IMG/VR virus record: IMGVR_UViG_3300031825_000017
Span: 1 to 50,870 of that record
DNA: 50,870 nt
Strand: one strand, 5' to 3'
DNA from: a virus
Lineage: Duplodnaviria > Caudoviricetes
Part shown: positions 16,574 through 25,332 of the stretch, piece by piece
Layout of the letters: every line of letters starts with the position of its first letter
How positions within the stretch are numbered: position 1 is the first letter of the stretch
The notes under the pieces: model-generated
Database searches by the model: none
Told to the model about the DNA's origin: nothing
What the model saw: the letters and a program-made list of their open reading frames with translations, nothing else
Translations under genes and position numbers: made by a program

Positions 16574-17413
16574 TCACTCCACCTCAACGAAGTTGCCGGC
16601 GGCGTCCAGCGAATACCAGGTATCCGGCTTGACGCCATCCCGGCCAGCGATAGCCGCGCGGATATGGCGGATCCGGCCATAGTCGTCGCCATCGCCATCT
16701 TTGTCGCGGTAGCAGAGAACCATGGCGCTGCCAGCGCTAGCCTTCGCGCGACCCTCGATGCCAGTAGCAGCGGCCACGGCATGCTTGCCCTCAACGCTGG
16801 CCGCCGACTGGTAGCCGGTGTTCGTGGCCGCCGACCGGTTGCCGGTGTTCGTGGCCGCCGACTGGTCGCCGGTGTTCGTGGCCGCCGACTGGTCGCCGGT
16901 GTTCGTGGCCGCCGACTGGTAGCCGGTGTTCGTGGCCGCCGACCGGTTGCCGGTGTTCGTGGCCGCCGACCGGTTGCCGGTGTTCGTGGCCGCCGACTGG
17001 TAGCCGGTGTTGGACTCCGTCTTGCTCGACTCCACGCGCGACAGGATGTAGCTGACAGCGCGCGAGATGATCTCGGGGATCTTCAGTTCGGCCTTGATGC
17101 TGATGCGCGCCGCGGCGATCTTGCTGTCCGAGTTCTCGCGGCTCAGCTCGCCGGACATTTCCACCAGGGCGAAGCGGCTATCGGCCGGCGCGTAGTAGCC
17201 AAACACGTCGAGCGGGTATTCGCAGGCGTGGAAGCCACTGGCGCATGCCTCGACGCAGCCCTTGTGCTCGTAGGTGGCGCCCATTTCGTACTGGAAATCG
17301 CGGCACTGCATGTCCTTGTTGAAGCCCTTGTAGGCCGTCACGACGTGCTCGCCGCTGTCGGTCAGCGCCTGGTCGGCTTGGGGCTCTACTGCTGCGGGGC
17401 TTTGGCTCTGCAT
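16574..17413 (-). CDS. First PL gene: phage protein with 9-aa (NTGxxSAAT) beta-solenoid-type repeats
   Basis: AYKGFNKDMQCRDFQY..GFHACEYPLDVFGYY N-terminal domain, 8 repeats, C-terminal GVKPDTWYSLD. Confidence 0.85.
   Translation of the reverse strand: MQSQSPAAVEPQADQALTDSGEHVVTAYKGFNKDMQCRDFQYEMGATYEHKGCVEACASGFHACEYPLDVFGYYAPADSRFALVEMSGELSRENSDSKIAAARISIKAELKIPEIISRAVSYILSRVESSKTESNTGYQSAATNTGNRSAATNTGNRSAATNTGYQSAATNTGDQSAATNTGDQSAATNTGNRSAATNTGYQSAASVEGKHAVAAATGIEGRAKASAGSAMVLCYRDKDGDGDDYGRIRHIRAAIAGRDGVKPDTWYSLDAAGNFVEVE
16800..17011 (-). repeat. 27-bp coding tandem repeat, about 8 copies
   Basis: Unit gccgccgac(t/c)ggt(a/t/c)gccggtgttcgtg. Confidence 0.95.
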
Positions 17414-17463
17414 CCTGTTCTCCATCGGGTTGGTGGGCACCCAGCGGTGCGTCGATGGAAATC

Positions 17464-17518
17464 ATTCTACAAATACGTTTGTAGACGCGCAAGGGAAATC
17501 TACAAAAAAATACGTAGA
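17464..17518 (-). promoter_or_regulatory. PL promoter with operators OL1 (17467-17484) and OL2 (17500-17517)
   Basis: Minus strand TTGCGC-N17-TAGAAT; palindrome TCTACAAA-TACG-TTTGTAGA lies between the -35 and -10; a second degenerate copy lies upstream. Confidence 0.85.
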
Positions 17519-17567
17519 CCAAGAATGTCTGGTACTAGGCATTCAATGAGTGGGGGTGGCGCGGACG

Positions 17568-17597
17568 AAAAAAAGCCCGCCGGTAGAGGGCGGGCTT
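17568..17597 (-). terminator. Intrinsic terminator ending the cI-moron transcript
   Basis: AAGCCCGCC-loop-GGCGGGCTTTTTTT on the minus strand. Confidence 0.85.
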
Positions 17598-17619
17598 GGT
17601 GGGGTGGGGAAGGTGGCGC

Positions 17620-17988
17620 TTACGAGGCGCCGTACCTCAATGGAATTGGCAGAGGGGCGGGCTTGGCAGTAGTGCACCCTTTTTCATAGGCGACGATCTC
17701 CAGCTGGTAGTAGCGCTGCTTCGCACTTTCGACTGCAGCGTCCTTCTCGACAGCATTGCCGATGCCAAAGTCCCCGAGGAAGGCTAGGACATCGCGACCG
17801 TCGAACGCGCTTTCCTTGTCGATGTGTTGGGTGAACCCCATGACTCTTGCCTTGTCGAGATCGATCTCTCGGCATGTCATCGTCTGCTTCTCGAAGTCGG
17901 TCAGCGCACCCTGTCGCCCGTAGTTTTTCGTTGCGCAACCCTGCAGCGCGAGCAGGCTCATCCCTGTGATGACAGCCCATTTCAGCAT
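17620..17988 (-). CDS. Lipoprotein (moron downstream of cI)
   Basis: Signal peptide with lipobox LQG/C (MLKWAVITGMSLLALQGC). Confidence 0.8.
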   Translation of the reverse strand: MLKWAVITGMSLLALQGCATKNYGRQGALTDFEKQTMTCREIDLDKARVMGFTQHIDKESAFDGRDVLAFLGDFGIGNAVEKDAAVESAKQRYYQLEIVAYEKGCTTAKPAPLPIPLRYGAS

Positions 17989-18014
17989 GGCTCGATCTCC
18001 TTCCGTTGTCGCTG

Positions 18015-18284
18015 CTACTGGGGAACTAGGGTCGCACCGCAGTGCTTGCATTTTCGAGCATCCCGGAGCACGAGTTCACGGCAGTCGGGGCATTTCACGT
18101 GGGTGTTCGGATTGGGCTGGCTGGCCATCGCAGCTTTATCCGGGAGGACCAAGACGAAGATGAAGCCGATCAGCGGCGAGAGGAACAGGCAAATGAAAAA
18201 CCAGCCAATCCCTGATCGCCCGCGGCGAGCCGCCAGAAAAGCGCAGGCGATTGCCAGCGCGATATAGACGAATGCGATTTCCAT
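18015..18284 (-). CDS. Two-TM membrane protein with C-terminal zinc ribbon
   Basis: Two hydrophobic segments around KGR-like RRGRS; CPDC...CKHC. Confidence 0.8.
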   Translation of the reverse strand: MEIAFVYIALAIACAFLAARRGRSGIGWFFICLFLSPLIGFIFVLVLPDKAAMASQPNPNTHVKCPDCRELVLRDARKCKHCGATLVPQ

Positions 18285-18296
18285 GGCAAGTCCCGA

Positions 18297-19049
18297 TTAC
18301 AGGCGCGTTTTGATCTTGCGCGCCGGCACAGGGTGCGCAACGTAGTACATCCAGGTGATCTGGTCTATGTCGTAGGTCAGAATCTCCGGATCGTTGTAGC
18401 TGCCCAGGCGGACGCCCTGACGACGAGAGAGAAGGCGCTTGATGATCGTCTCGCCGGATTCCAGGCGCACAAGCACGTCGTCTTCGATCTCCGGCTCTGT
18501 TCCTGGCTCGACCAGGGCGAACTCGCCAGGGTTGAAGCGGGGCACCATCGACGTCCCCACCACCGGCGTGAGAAACGCCTGCGGGTCGGGGCTCGCCATC
18601 TCTGCGTACTGGTCTGTTGCTCCCACTGGATAGTCCCCGTCCGTCCAAATGCGATCGGGCAGTCCCCCGGTCGCGCGGCCGACGACGTAGATCCGTCTGA
18701 ACTTGGAAGTGTCGGCCGGATAGGTCAGCGGGGTGGCTGGTGGTGCCCTTGAAAGGTCATTGTAAGCCGGTGCCGATGGCTCTTTGACACCCTTCTCTAG
18801 TAGGGCATGGGGCATCTTCGGCTTATGGGCACCGCCATAAGCCAGCCAGTTCACATCGCACTTGAGTACCTCCGCGAGGCGCACCGTGTACTTGCTGGAG
18901 CGCGCGTTTTTGTTCGGGTCCAGCAGGTGCTGGATGTTCTGTGGCTTGCATCCATGGCCCACCTGGCGGGCCAATTCGCTCTGGTCTGTATGGGGGTCGA
19001 GCCCGGCGCATTTCATTGCCCAGGCGAGCCGCTCGGCGTACGTGTTCAT
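18297..19049 (-). CDS. cI: CI-like repressor (HTH plus S24 autopeptidase)
   Basis: QSELARQVG..PQNIQHL HTH; VGTSMVP catalytic Ser and IIKRL Lys; divergent from cro. Confidence 0.92.
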   Translation of the reverse strand: MNTYAERLAWAMKCAGLDPHTDQSELARQVGHGCKPQNIQHLLDPNKNARSSKYTVRLAEVLKCDVNWLAYGGAHKPKMPHALLEKGVKEPSAPAYNDLSRAPPATPLTYPADTSKFRRIYVVGRATGGLPDRIWTDGDYPVGATDQYAEMASPDPQAFLTPVVGTSMVPRFNPGEFALVEPGTEPEIEDDVLVRLESGETIIKRLLSRRQGVRLGSYNDPEILTYDIDQITWMYYVAHPVPARKIKTRL

Positions 19050-19113
19050 AACAAAGCATTTTGTAGCCTTGCCTTGCAAAAAGGTTTGTAGGGTGCTACA
19101 AATACGTTTGTAA
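19049..19113. promoter_or_regulatory. OR region with three operators (19049-19066, 19074-19091, 19096-19113)
   Basis: Copies of CTACAAA-N4-TTTGTAG; the 19096 copy matches OL1 at 17 of 18 positions. Confidence 0.85.
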
Positions 19114-19131
19114 TGAATGACCTTATGCGCC

Positions 19132-19383
19132 ATGACCGAAGCCCTCAATGAAGTCGCCGGCCCGCTCGACATCGCCATCTCCATCGTCGGCTCGCAAACC
19201 AAGCTGGCCGCGCTGCTCGGCGTCTCCCAGCAGAACGTTTCCAACTGGGTGAAGAACGGCATCCCGGATGACAAGAAGCCGGTGATCGCGGGGAAGCTCG
19301 AGCGAATCACGGACGGGCGCGTCACTCGTCGGATGGTCTGCCCGAACAACTGGGCAGAAATCTGGCCGGAACTGGCGGCCTAG
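19132..19383 (+). CDS. cro: Cro/YdaS-like regulator
   Basis: GSQTKLAALLGVSQQNVSNW HTH; IWPEL C-terminus. Confidence 0.88.
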   Translation: MTEALNEVAGPLDIAISIVGSQTKLAALLGVSQQNVSNWVKNGIPDDKKPVIAGKLERITDGRVTRRMVCPNNWAEIWPELAA

Positions 19384-19577
19384 TCCTCGGGTTTTTCCTT
19401 GGCGACCTGAACCATGGCCTTCACGCCGCGCAAGTCTTTCTTGAACGCGGTCACCCATGGGTCGCCCAGGATGATCGGGCCGCCGCACAGCCGGCAGGTC
19501 TTTGCGTCGGCAGCAATATCCGTCTGGTTGCCGCAGTTGGCGCAGTGACGGATTTCGATTTTTGGGACGTTCGGCAT
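19380..19577 (-). CDS. Small zinc-ribbon protein, antisense between cro and cII
   Basis: CANC...CRLC motifs. Confidence 0.45.
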   Translation of the reverse strand: MPNVPKIEIRHCANCGNQTDIAADAKTCRLCGGPIILGDPWVTAFKKDLRGVKAMVQVAKEKPED

Positions 19578-19678
19578 TTCTGATCTCGCTCATGGCAGTC
19601 GGGGCGGGTTCTTCAGGTTAGTCGATCGGGGGATGCACCGGGCGCTGTGATGGCGCCTTCATTTAAACGGAGATTCAA

Positions 19679-20098
19679 GTGTCCACGCGACTGTCAACTG
19701 ATGACGCTCAGATCGAGCTGCCTTTGATGTGCCTGATGGAAAAGCCGAAACGCATTGCCGCCGAGGTTGTTGCCGGGATTGCCGGCGAGGCGGACTTGAT
19801 CCGTAGAGCGATCGAGCTCTCACGCTTCAAGTTCATGGAGAAGACCTACGCGGGCTACCTGGGCCTGTCGCCCTCGCAGTTCTCGAAGATCAAAAACGGG
19901 AAGGACAGCGCCGGCAAGGTCTGGCATTTGCCTATTACCTCCATCGCCCGCTTTGAATGCCTGGTCGGGCACACGCTGCTCACGCAGTGGATCGACTTCC
20001 AGCGCGAACTGCTGATGAACGACGACCTGCGCGAGTTGCTCGAGCACGAACAGCGTGCCGCGGCGCTGCGCGAAAAGATGCGGAAGAAGGCGGCTTGA
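19679..20098 (+). CDS. CII-like HTH protein
   Basis: Position after cro; YAGYLGLSPSQFSKIK HTH. Confidence 0.65.
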   Translation: MSTRLSTDDAQIELPLMCLMEKPKRIAAEVVAGIAGEADLIRRAIELSRFKFMEKTYAGYLGLSPSQFSKIKNGKDSAGKVWHLPITSIARFECLVGHTLLTQWIDFQRELLMNDDLRELLEHEQRAAALREKMRKKAA

Positions 20099-20133
20099 GA
20101 GGGCGGCGAGGGAACGGGTAACAGGAGCAGTAC

Positions 20134-20331
20134 ATGGGATCACTTCAGAGACGAAGCAAGCAGGTGGCCGCCATCGGCCCAATGCCGCCGGCCGCCGGGC
20201 ACCGTGCCCACATCGATGAACTCTGCCACCGCATGACGGTCGCCGATACGCGTGCCGTGCGCATGCACCTGTGCAGCGAGCTCAAGCGCGCGGTCGCCGA
20301 GTACCTGGAAGCGGCGAGGGGTGTGGCATGA
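20134..20331 (+). CDS. Hypothetical protein
   Basis: AGGAG Shine-Dalgarno; ATGA overlap with the next gene. Confidence 0.55.
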   Translation: MGSLQRRSKQVAAIGPMPPAAGHRAHIDELCHRMTVADTRAVRMHLCSELKRAVAEYLEAARGVA

Positions 20332-21278
20332 GCAAGGAAGTCCAGAAGACCACACAGAAGAACCGATATCGCAAGATCGAGGTGCGCATGTGGGGCGACG
20401 AGAAATTCAGGCATCTCACGCAGATTCAGCCCTGCGGACAGGGCCTTTGGGTATTCCTGCTGACCGGGCCACATACCGGACCCATCCCTGGCCTATTTCG
20501 CGCTGGCCGCGCCGCGATGGCGGAGGAATTGGATTGGAGCGTCGAAGCCTTCGAGGAAGCCTTCGGGGAAGTCTTTCGGCAAGGCATGGCCAAAGCTGAT
20601 TGGAAGGCCAAGGTGGTGTGGATTCCGAACGCGATCAACTGCAACCGCCCCGAGTCTCCCAATGTGGTGCTGTCATGGGGCGGAGAGTGGGATCTGATCC
20701 CCGAATGCGACCTCAAGCGGGAAGCCTACGAAGCCCTCAAAGCCAGTATTTACGCGCTCGGAGAGGGTTTCGCCAAGGCTTTCGATAAGGCTTTCTGTAA
20801 GCCTTCCGCAAAGCCTTCCGACATGCCTAGCCGTAAGACATGCGCTAATCAGGAACAGGAGCAGGAGCAGGAGCAGGAAAAAGAAAGTAACCCTAACGGG
20901 TTACTCGTCGACAGCGACGACGCTGCCGACTTCTCCCTCGACGGAGGCAATCCAAAACCTGCCCGTCCTGAATGCCCGCATCAGGAAATCATCGCGCTTT
21001 ACCACGAGCTGTTGCCGATGTGTCCGAGCATCCGTGAGTGGACGCCGGCGCGAGCACAGGCCCTGCGCGCGAGATGGAACGAAGACCCGAAGCGCCAGAA
21101 CCTCGACTACTGGCGCGCATTTTTTGGCTACGTGTCCGAATCCAAATTCCTCACCGGTCGCGCGCGCACCGCTGAAGGCCGCAAGCCCTTCGTTGCCAGC
21201 CTCGACTGGATCGTCAAGTCCGAGAACTTCACCAAGATCCGCGAGGAGCGGTATCACAACGAGGCGGCCGCAGCATGA
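20328..21278 (+). CDS. Phage replication initiator
   Basis: WGDEKF...GLFR wHTH-like N-terminus, QEQEQEQEQE linker, SKFLTG..ASLDWIV..NFTKIREERY C-terminus; upstream of DnaB. Confidence 0.8.
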   Translation: MSKEVQKTTQKNRYRKIEVRMWGDEKFRHLTQIQPCGQGLWVFLLTGPHTGPIPGLFRAGRAAMAEELDWSVEAFEEAFGEVFRQGMAKADWKAKVVWIPNAINCNRPESPNVVLSWGGEWDLIPECDLKREAYEALKASIYALGEGFAKAFDKAFCKPSAKPSDMPSRKTCANQEQEQEQEQEKESNPNGLLVDSDDAADFSLDGGNPKPARPECPHQEIIALYHELLPMCPSIREWTPARAQALRARWNEDPKRQNLDYWRAFFGYVSESKFLTGRARTAEGRKPFVASLDWIVKSENFTKIREERYHNEAAAA

Positions 21279-22663
21279 ACGCACCCGACGATCTTCCCCA
21301 GGCGCGCGCGCTGTTCAGCGTCGAAGCCGAACAGGCTGTGCTCGGCGGCCTGCTGCTCGACAACAATGCGGTGGACCGCATCAACGGGCTCGACGCGGCG
21401 CACTTCTACCGCGAAGACCATCGCGCCATCTTCGTGGCCATCCTGCAGCTCGTCGTCTCCAACCGGCCGGCCGACGTCGTGACCGTCTTCGAGCGCCTGC
21501 AGTCGGAAGGGCATGCCGCGCGCGCGGGCGGCTTGCCGTACCTGACGGCCATGGCGCAGCGCACGCCCAGCGCGGCGAACATCGCGCGCTACGCCGAGAT
21601 CGTGCGCGACCGGGCGATGTTGCGCGAGACGGCCGCCGCGGCACGCAAGGTGCTCGAGTTGGTCGAAACGCCGAGCGCGATGAAGGGCGCCGAGGTCGTG
21701 GACCGCGCCCAAGCGCTGCTGGCCGACCTGGCCGCCGTGGGCGTTCGCCGAGAGCCGAAGATGCTGTACGAGCTGCTGACCGAGTTCGTGGAAGAGGTCG
21801 ACGAGCGGTACCACAGCAAAGTCAACCCAGGGATCTCCACGGGCATCGAGTCTCTGGACCGGGCGCTGAACGGTGGGCTCCAGCCGGGCAACCTGGTCAT
21901 CGTCGCTGGCCGCCCCTCGATGGGCAAGACGGCTCTCGCCACGGACATCGGTCTGAACATCGCCAACGCTCACAGCGTGCTGGAGCTGTCGATGGAGATG
22001 TCGGATCGCGAGATCGTCGCGCGTGCGGCTGCCAACCGGGGAAACATCAGCCTTTCCGCGCTGCTGCGTGGGCATATGGATGACGATGACTGGGCGCATC
22101 TCGCCTGGGCGGTCCAGCACATCGGAGATCTGCGCTTCGCCGTGGACGATTCGCCCGCGCTGACGCTCCTGGAAGTCCGGATGAAGGCCAAGGCCCACAA
22201 GCGCAAGCATGGCCTGGACCTGCTGATCGTCGACTACCTGGGCCTCATGACCGGCGGCGAGGAAAAGATGCGCACGCAGCAGATCGGCGCCTACTCGCGC
22301 GGCCTGAAGGCGCTGGCCAAGGAGTTGGGCATCCCTGTCGTGGCGCTTGCGCAGCTCAGCCGCAAGAACGAGGATCGCCCGGACCGCAAGCCCATCCTCT
22401 CCGACCTGCGCGACTCGGGCGACATCGAGCAGGACGCGGACGTGGTGATGTTCGTGCACCGGCCGGAGATGTACGACCCCGGCAATGAGGCGTTGAAGGG
22501 CTACGCCGAGGTGCTGATCCGCAAGCATCGCAACGGCGCGCTCAGCGACGTGCCGCTGCTCTATCGCGGCGCGGTGACCAAATTCGACGAGTGGACCGGG
22601 CCTCTGCCGATGCTGTCGGCGGGCCCGGCCGTGCGCAAGCGCGGCATCGCCGCGGAACTGTGA
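21275..22663 (+). CDS. dnaB: Replicative DNA helicase DnaB-like
   Basis: AEQAVLGGLL, AGRPSMGKT, IVDYLGL, LAQLSR and SDLRDSGDIEQDAD. Confidence 0.96.
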   Translation: MNAPDDLPQARALFSVEAEQAVLGGLLLDNNAVDRINGLDAAHFYREDHRAIFVAILQLVVSNRPADVVTVFERLQSEGHAARAGGLPYLTAMAQRTPSAANIARYAEIVRDRAMLRETAAAARKVLELVETPSAMKGAEVVDRAQALLADLAAVGVRREPKMLYELLTEFVEEVDERYHSKVNPGISTGIESLDRALNGGLQPGNLVIVAGRPSMGKTALATDIGLNIANAHSVLELSMEMSDREIVARAAANRGNISLSALLRGHMDDDDWAHLAWAVQHIGDLRFAVDDSPALTLLEVRMKAKAHKRKHGLDLLIVDYLGLMTGGEEKMRTQQIGAYSRGLKALAKELGIPVVALAQLSRKNEDRPDRKPILSDLRDSGDIEQDADVVMFVHRPEMYDPGNEALKGYAEVLIRKHRNGALSDVPLLYRGAVTKFDEWTGPLPMLSAGPAVRKRGIAAEL

Positions 22664-22670
22664 GGACCAC

Positions 22671-23138
22671 ATGACCAAGATCATCCTGACGCTGCCATAC
22701 CCCGTGAGCGCGAACCGTTACTGGCGCACCTACATGCCGAAGGGCTTCAAGGCGCCTGTCACAGCGCCGAGCGATGAGGCGAGGGCCTACAAGGCCGAGG
22801 TCGGCTGGCGCGCGAAGGCCGCCGGCGTGCGGCAGCCGCTGGCCTGCCGCGTGGCCATCGCCTACACGCTCTACCCGAAGCGCCCGCAGGACTGGCAGAG
22901 GCGCGTAGCCAAGGACCCGTTGAACTGGGACGACAGCGTGCTCTGCATCGACCTGGATAACGCTCAGAAGGTCTTGCTCGACGCGCTGAAGGGCGTGGTG
23001 ATCCAGGACGATGGCTGGCAGGTACGCCGGATCCTCGCCGAGCGCGCGGAGCCAGACGGCGAGGCCCGCCTGGTCGTGACGATCACGCCGCTGCTGACCG
23101 ACTCGCCTCAGGCTGGGTTGTTCGGGGAGGCCGCGTGA
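22671..23138 (+). CDS. rusA: RusA-like Holliday junction resolvase
   Basis: PYPVSANRYWR and DLDNAQKVLLDALKGVVIQDD. Confidence 0.88.
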   Translation: MTKIILTLPYPVSANRYWRTYMPKGFKAPVTAPSDEARAYKAEVGWRAKAAGVRQPLACRVAIAYTLYPKRPQDWQRRVAKDPLNWDDSVLCIDLDNAQKVLLDALKGVVIQDDGWQVRRILAERAEPDGEARLVVTITPLLTDSPQAGLFGEAA

Positions 23139-23791
23139 TGTGCGCCGATTCGAAATCCACCGTCGCGCACCAATTGCACGCGGCGTTCCTCCGCGGCGAG
23201 AAGATCGCGCCGCCCGAGTTTGCTCGGCGCATCGGCGTTTCAACTATGGGCGTTCATCATGCCATCAGGGCGCACTTTGCAGGGATGCTGCGAGAAGAAG
23301 AGCCCAGGGGCACGCGGAACGGCGCTGTGCTGGTCTGCATCAGCATCGAAGAGATGCGGCAGTGGAAGCCCAGGGAGCGCCTTTCGCGCTCTGCGCCCAC
23401 GGAGCCGTTGGGTTATGCCCTGCGTGCTGCCTTCCTGTGCGGCGAGAAGGTCGTCGCCACGACGTTCGCCGAGCGGTCAGGCTATTCGCGGCAGGGCGTG
23501 AGCGATGCGCTGAAGACGATGGAGCGCCGCGGGCTGATCACCGGCGAACTCCTGCGGCCGAACGGGCGCGGCAACGCCGCGATGGTCTGGTCATGCCCGG
23601 ACCGGGTGGCCATGCAGGCCTACCAGCCCCAGGTGCAGACCATGAACCCGATGGCCGGCCGTCGCTCGCGTGGGCCTCGCGGCGCGTTTTCCGCGCTGCT
23701 GGATGTCTGGGGCATCCGCGCCACGGAGATCGCATTGCCGGCGCTGCAGCACCGAATGGCAGTTCCTGAAGACGACATGGAGGTGGCGTGA
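23135..23791 (+). CDS. Double HTH hypothetical protein
   Basis: Two similar L.AAFL.GEK.....FA.R.G.S..GV units. Confidence 0.65.
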   Translation: MMCADSKSTVAHQLHAAFLRGEKIAPPEFARRIGVSTMGVHHAIRAHFAGMLREEEPRGTRNGAVLVCISIEEMRQWKPRERLSRSAPTEPLGYALRAAFLCGEKVVATTFAERSGYSRQGVSDALKTMERRGLITGELLRPNGRGNAAMVWSCPDRVAMQAYQPQVQTMNPMAGRRSRGPRGAFSALLDVWGIRATEIALPALQHRMAVPEDDMEVA

Positions 23792-23953
23792 TGGATGACC
23801 TGATGATGGCGTGGGTTGCCCTGGTGATCGTGATCATGGGCGGCATGGTCCTCTGGGCGTGGGGGCAGAAATGAGGTGCGCGAACTGTGGTAGCACCGGC
23901 CACACGGCGCGCAATTGCCCTTGGACCCGCTGCATGCGGATTGCGAGGCCGGC

Positions 23954-24265
23954 ATGAATTGCAAACCTGGGGATATGGCCATCGTCGTGGCTTCAGGAAC
24001 CGAGCATGGCCGTAAGTACATCGGCAGTATCGTGAAGGTTCTTCATGCAGCACCACCATACCGGTTTCAACAGCCGGATGGAATGTGGCACGTCGGATGC
24101 GAGGCCGGTTTCTGGTTGCTCGAGTCCACTACCGGCATTCCATTCGATGTCAAAGCCGGATACCTGATGGTTCGGACAATGTTTGCGACTGGGGCGGATT
24201 GGAATTTACGTCCCATCAGCGGCATCCCGGTCCACGATGAGCAGCTCGACGAGGTACCGGCATGA
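23954..24265 (+). CDS. Hypothetical protein (MNCKPGD family)
   Basis: Phage-typical N-terminus and LRPISG C-terminus. Confidence 0.65.
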   Translation: MNCKPGDMAIVVASGTEHGRKYIGSIVKVLHAAPPYRFQQPDGMWHVGCEAGFWLLESTTGIPFDVKAGYLMVRTMFATGADWNLRPISGIPVHDEQLDEVPA

Positions 24266-24684
24266 GTCAGCTCTACCGCGAGTTCACCCTGAAGAGCCCG
24301 GGCATCTGGCCTACCGTGCTCGCCTTCATCAAAGCCAACGCGGCGGCCTTCGCGGAGAAGGGGCAGCCCCTGCGCATCGTGGTGACGGCGGAAGAGCGCC
24401 GGCGCACCTCCGAGGCGAACCGCTACTACTGGGGCGTGGTCCTGCGCGACATCGCGGACCAGGCGTGGGTACAGGGTCGCCAGTTCGACAAGGACACGTG
24501 GCACGCCTATTTCGCGGACGTGCACGGCGTGAAGGTCGAGATCACGCTGCCGGACGGACGGATCCACATGACGCGCAAGTCCACGTCGGAGATGTCGGTT
24601 GGCGAGTTCAGCGAGTACCTGGCCCGCGTGCAAGCCGACGCGGCGAACGAGTTCGGAGTCACGTTCGATGGGGTGCACGGATGA
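24262..24684 (+). CDS. ninB: NinB/Orf-like recombination protein
   Basis: RRTSEANRYYWG..DIADQ and STSEMSVGEFSEYL. Confidence 0.8.
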   Translation: MSQLYREFTLKSPGIWPTVLAFIKANAAAFAEKGQPLRIVVTAEERRRTSEANRYYWGVVLRDIADQAWVQGRQFDKDTWHAYFADVHGVKVEITLPDGRIHMTRKSTSEMSVGEFSEYLARVQADAANEFGVTFDGVHG

Positions 24685-24959
24685 CCTATCGATCTGAAAA
24701 GCTGCGCCGCGCGGTGGCATCCCTTGCATGCGTCCACTGCGGCCGCCACGGAGACACGCAAGCCGCGCACCGCAACGAAGGCAAGGGGATGGGCATGAAG
24801 ACCAGCGACGCCCTGTGCGCGGCGCTGTGCTCGGGCTGCCACCACGAGCTCGACAGCGGCAAGACCATGACGCGCGACGAGCGCCGCGACTTCTGGAATC
24901 GAGCGTTCGTGAAGACCATGCAGCAGTTGATCGAAGCGGGGGTGCTCCATGTCGCATGA
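24681..24959 (+). CDS. Small HNH-like nuclease (DUF1364/DUF968-like)
   Basis: CVHCG..QAAH..GKGMGMK.SD...LCSGCHHELD. Confidence 0.75.
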   Translation: MTYRSEKLRRAVASLACVHCGRHGDTQAAHRNEGKGMGMKTSDALCAALCSGCHHELDSGKTMTRDERRDFWNRAFVKTMQQLIEAGVLHVA

Positions 24960-25320
24960 CGAAGGCGCCGGCATCGGCATCACGATCGATCTCGCCGAAG
25001 AAGACAAGGCCGTGGTGCTCTCGTTTCCAGGCAAGAAAAAGCCGGAGGCCGACGAGGGCCCGTACCTGAAGCAGGTCCTGTACAAGCCTGGCTGCCGCCA
25101 TGACCACGGGTTCGAGATCGACGAGAAGCTCATGGAGGTCGAATGCACGGTCTGCCACGAGAAGCTGAACCCCATGTGGGCGCTGATCCAGCTCGCGAAC
25201 ATGGAGACCCGCTGGCACCGGTACCACGAGCAGTACCAGCAGGAAGTCGCGCGGCTCCGCGAACGCCTGCGCACCAAGTGCCGCCACTGCGGCGAGATGA
25301 CGCCAATCAGCCGCAACTGA
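24949..25320 (+). CDS. Zinc-binding hypothetical protein
   Basis: CRH, CTVC and CRHC motifs. Confidence 0.65.
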   Translation: MSHDEGAGIGITIDLAEEDKAVVLSFPGKKKPEADEGPYLKQVLYKPGCRHDHGFEIDEKLMEVECTVCHEKLNPMWALIQLANMETRWHRYHEQYQQEVARLRERLRTKCRHCGEMTPISRN

Positions 25321-25332
25321 AAGGAGACCACC

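Noticed and set aside
16800-17011. 27-bp repeats as a CRISPR array or as extra DGR variable regions
   Set aside because: There are no spacers and the repeats are in-frame coding. The resemblance to TR (AAC ACC GGC NAC CRG versus AAC AAC GGC AAC CAG) covers only 15 nt, then breaks at non-adenine positions, and the invariant 3' block is absent.
16022-17689. Long opposite-strand ORFs (also 12296-13738, 21254-22684, 24067-25767, 31684-33678)
   Set aside because: These are shadow ORFs of real genes in high-GC DNA, with no recognisable motifs.
20849-20883. caggag hexamer run as origin iterons
   Set aside because: It encodes the QEQEQE linker common in phage initiators; no longer iterons could be confirmed by eye.
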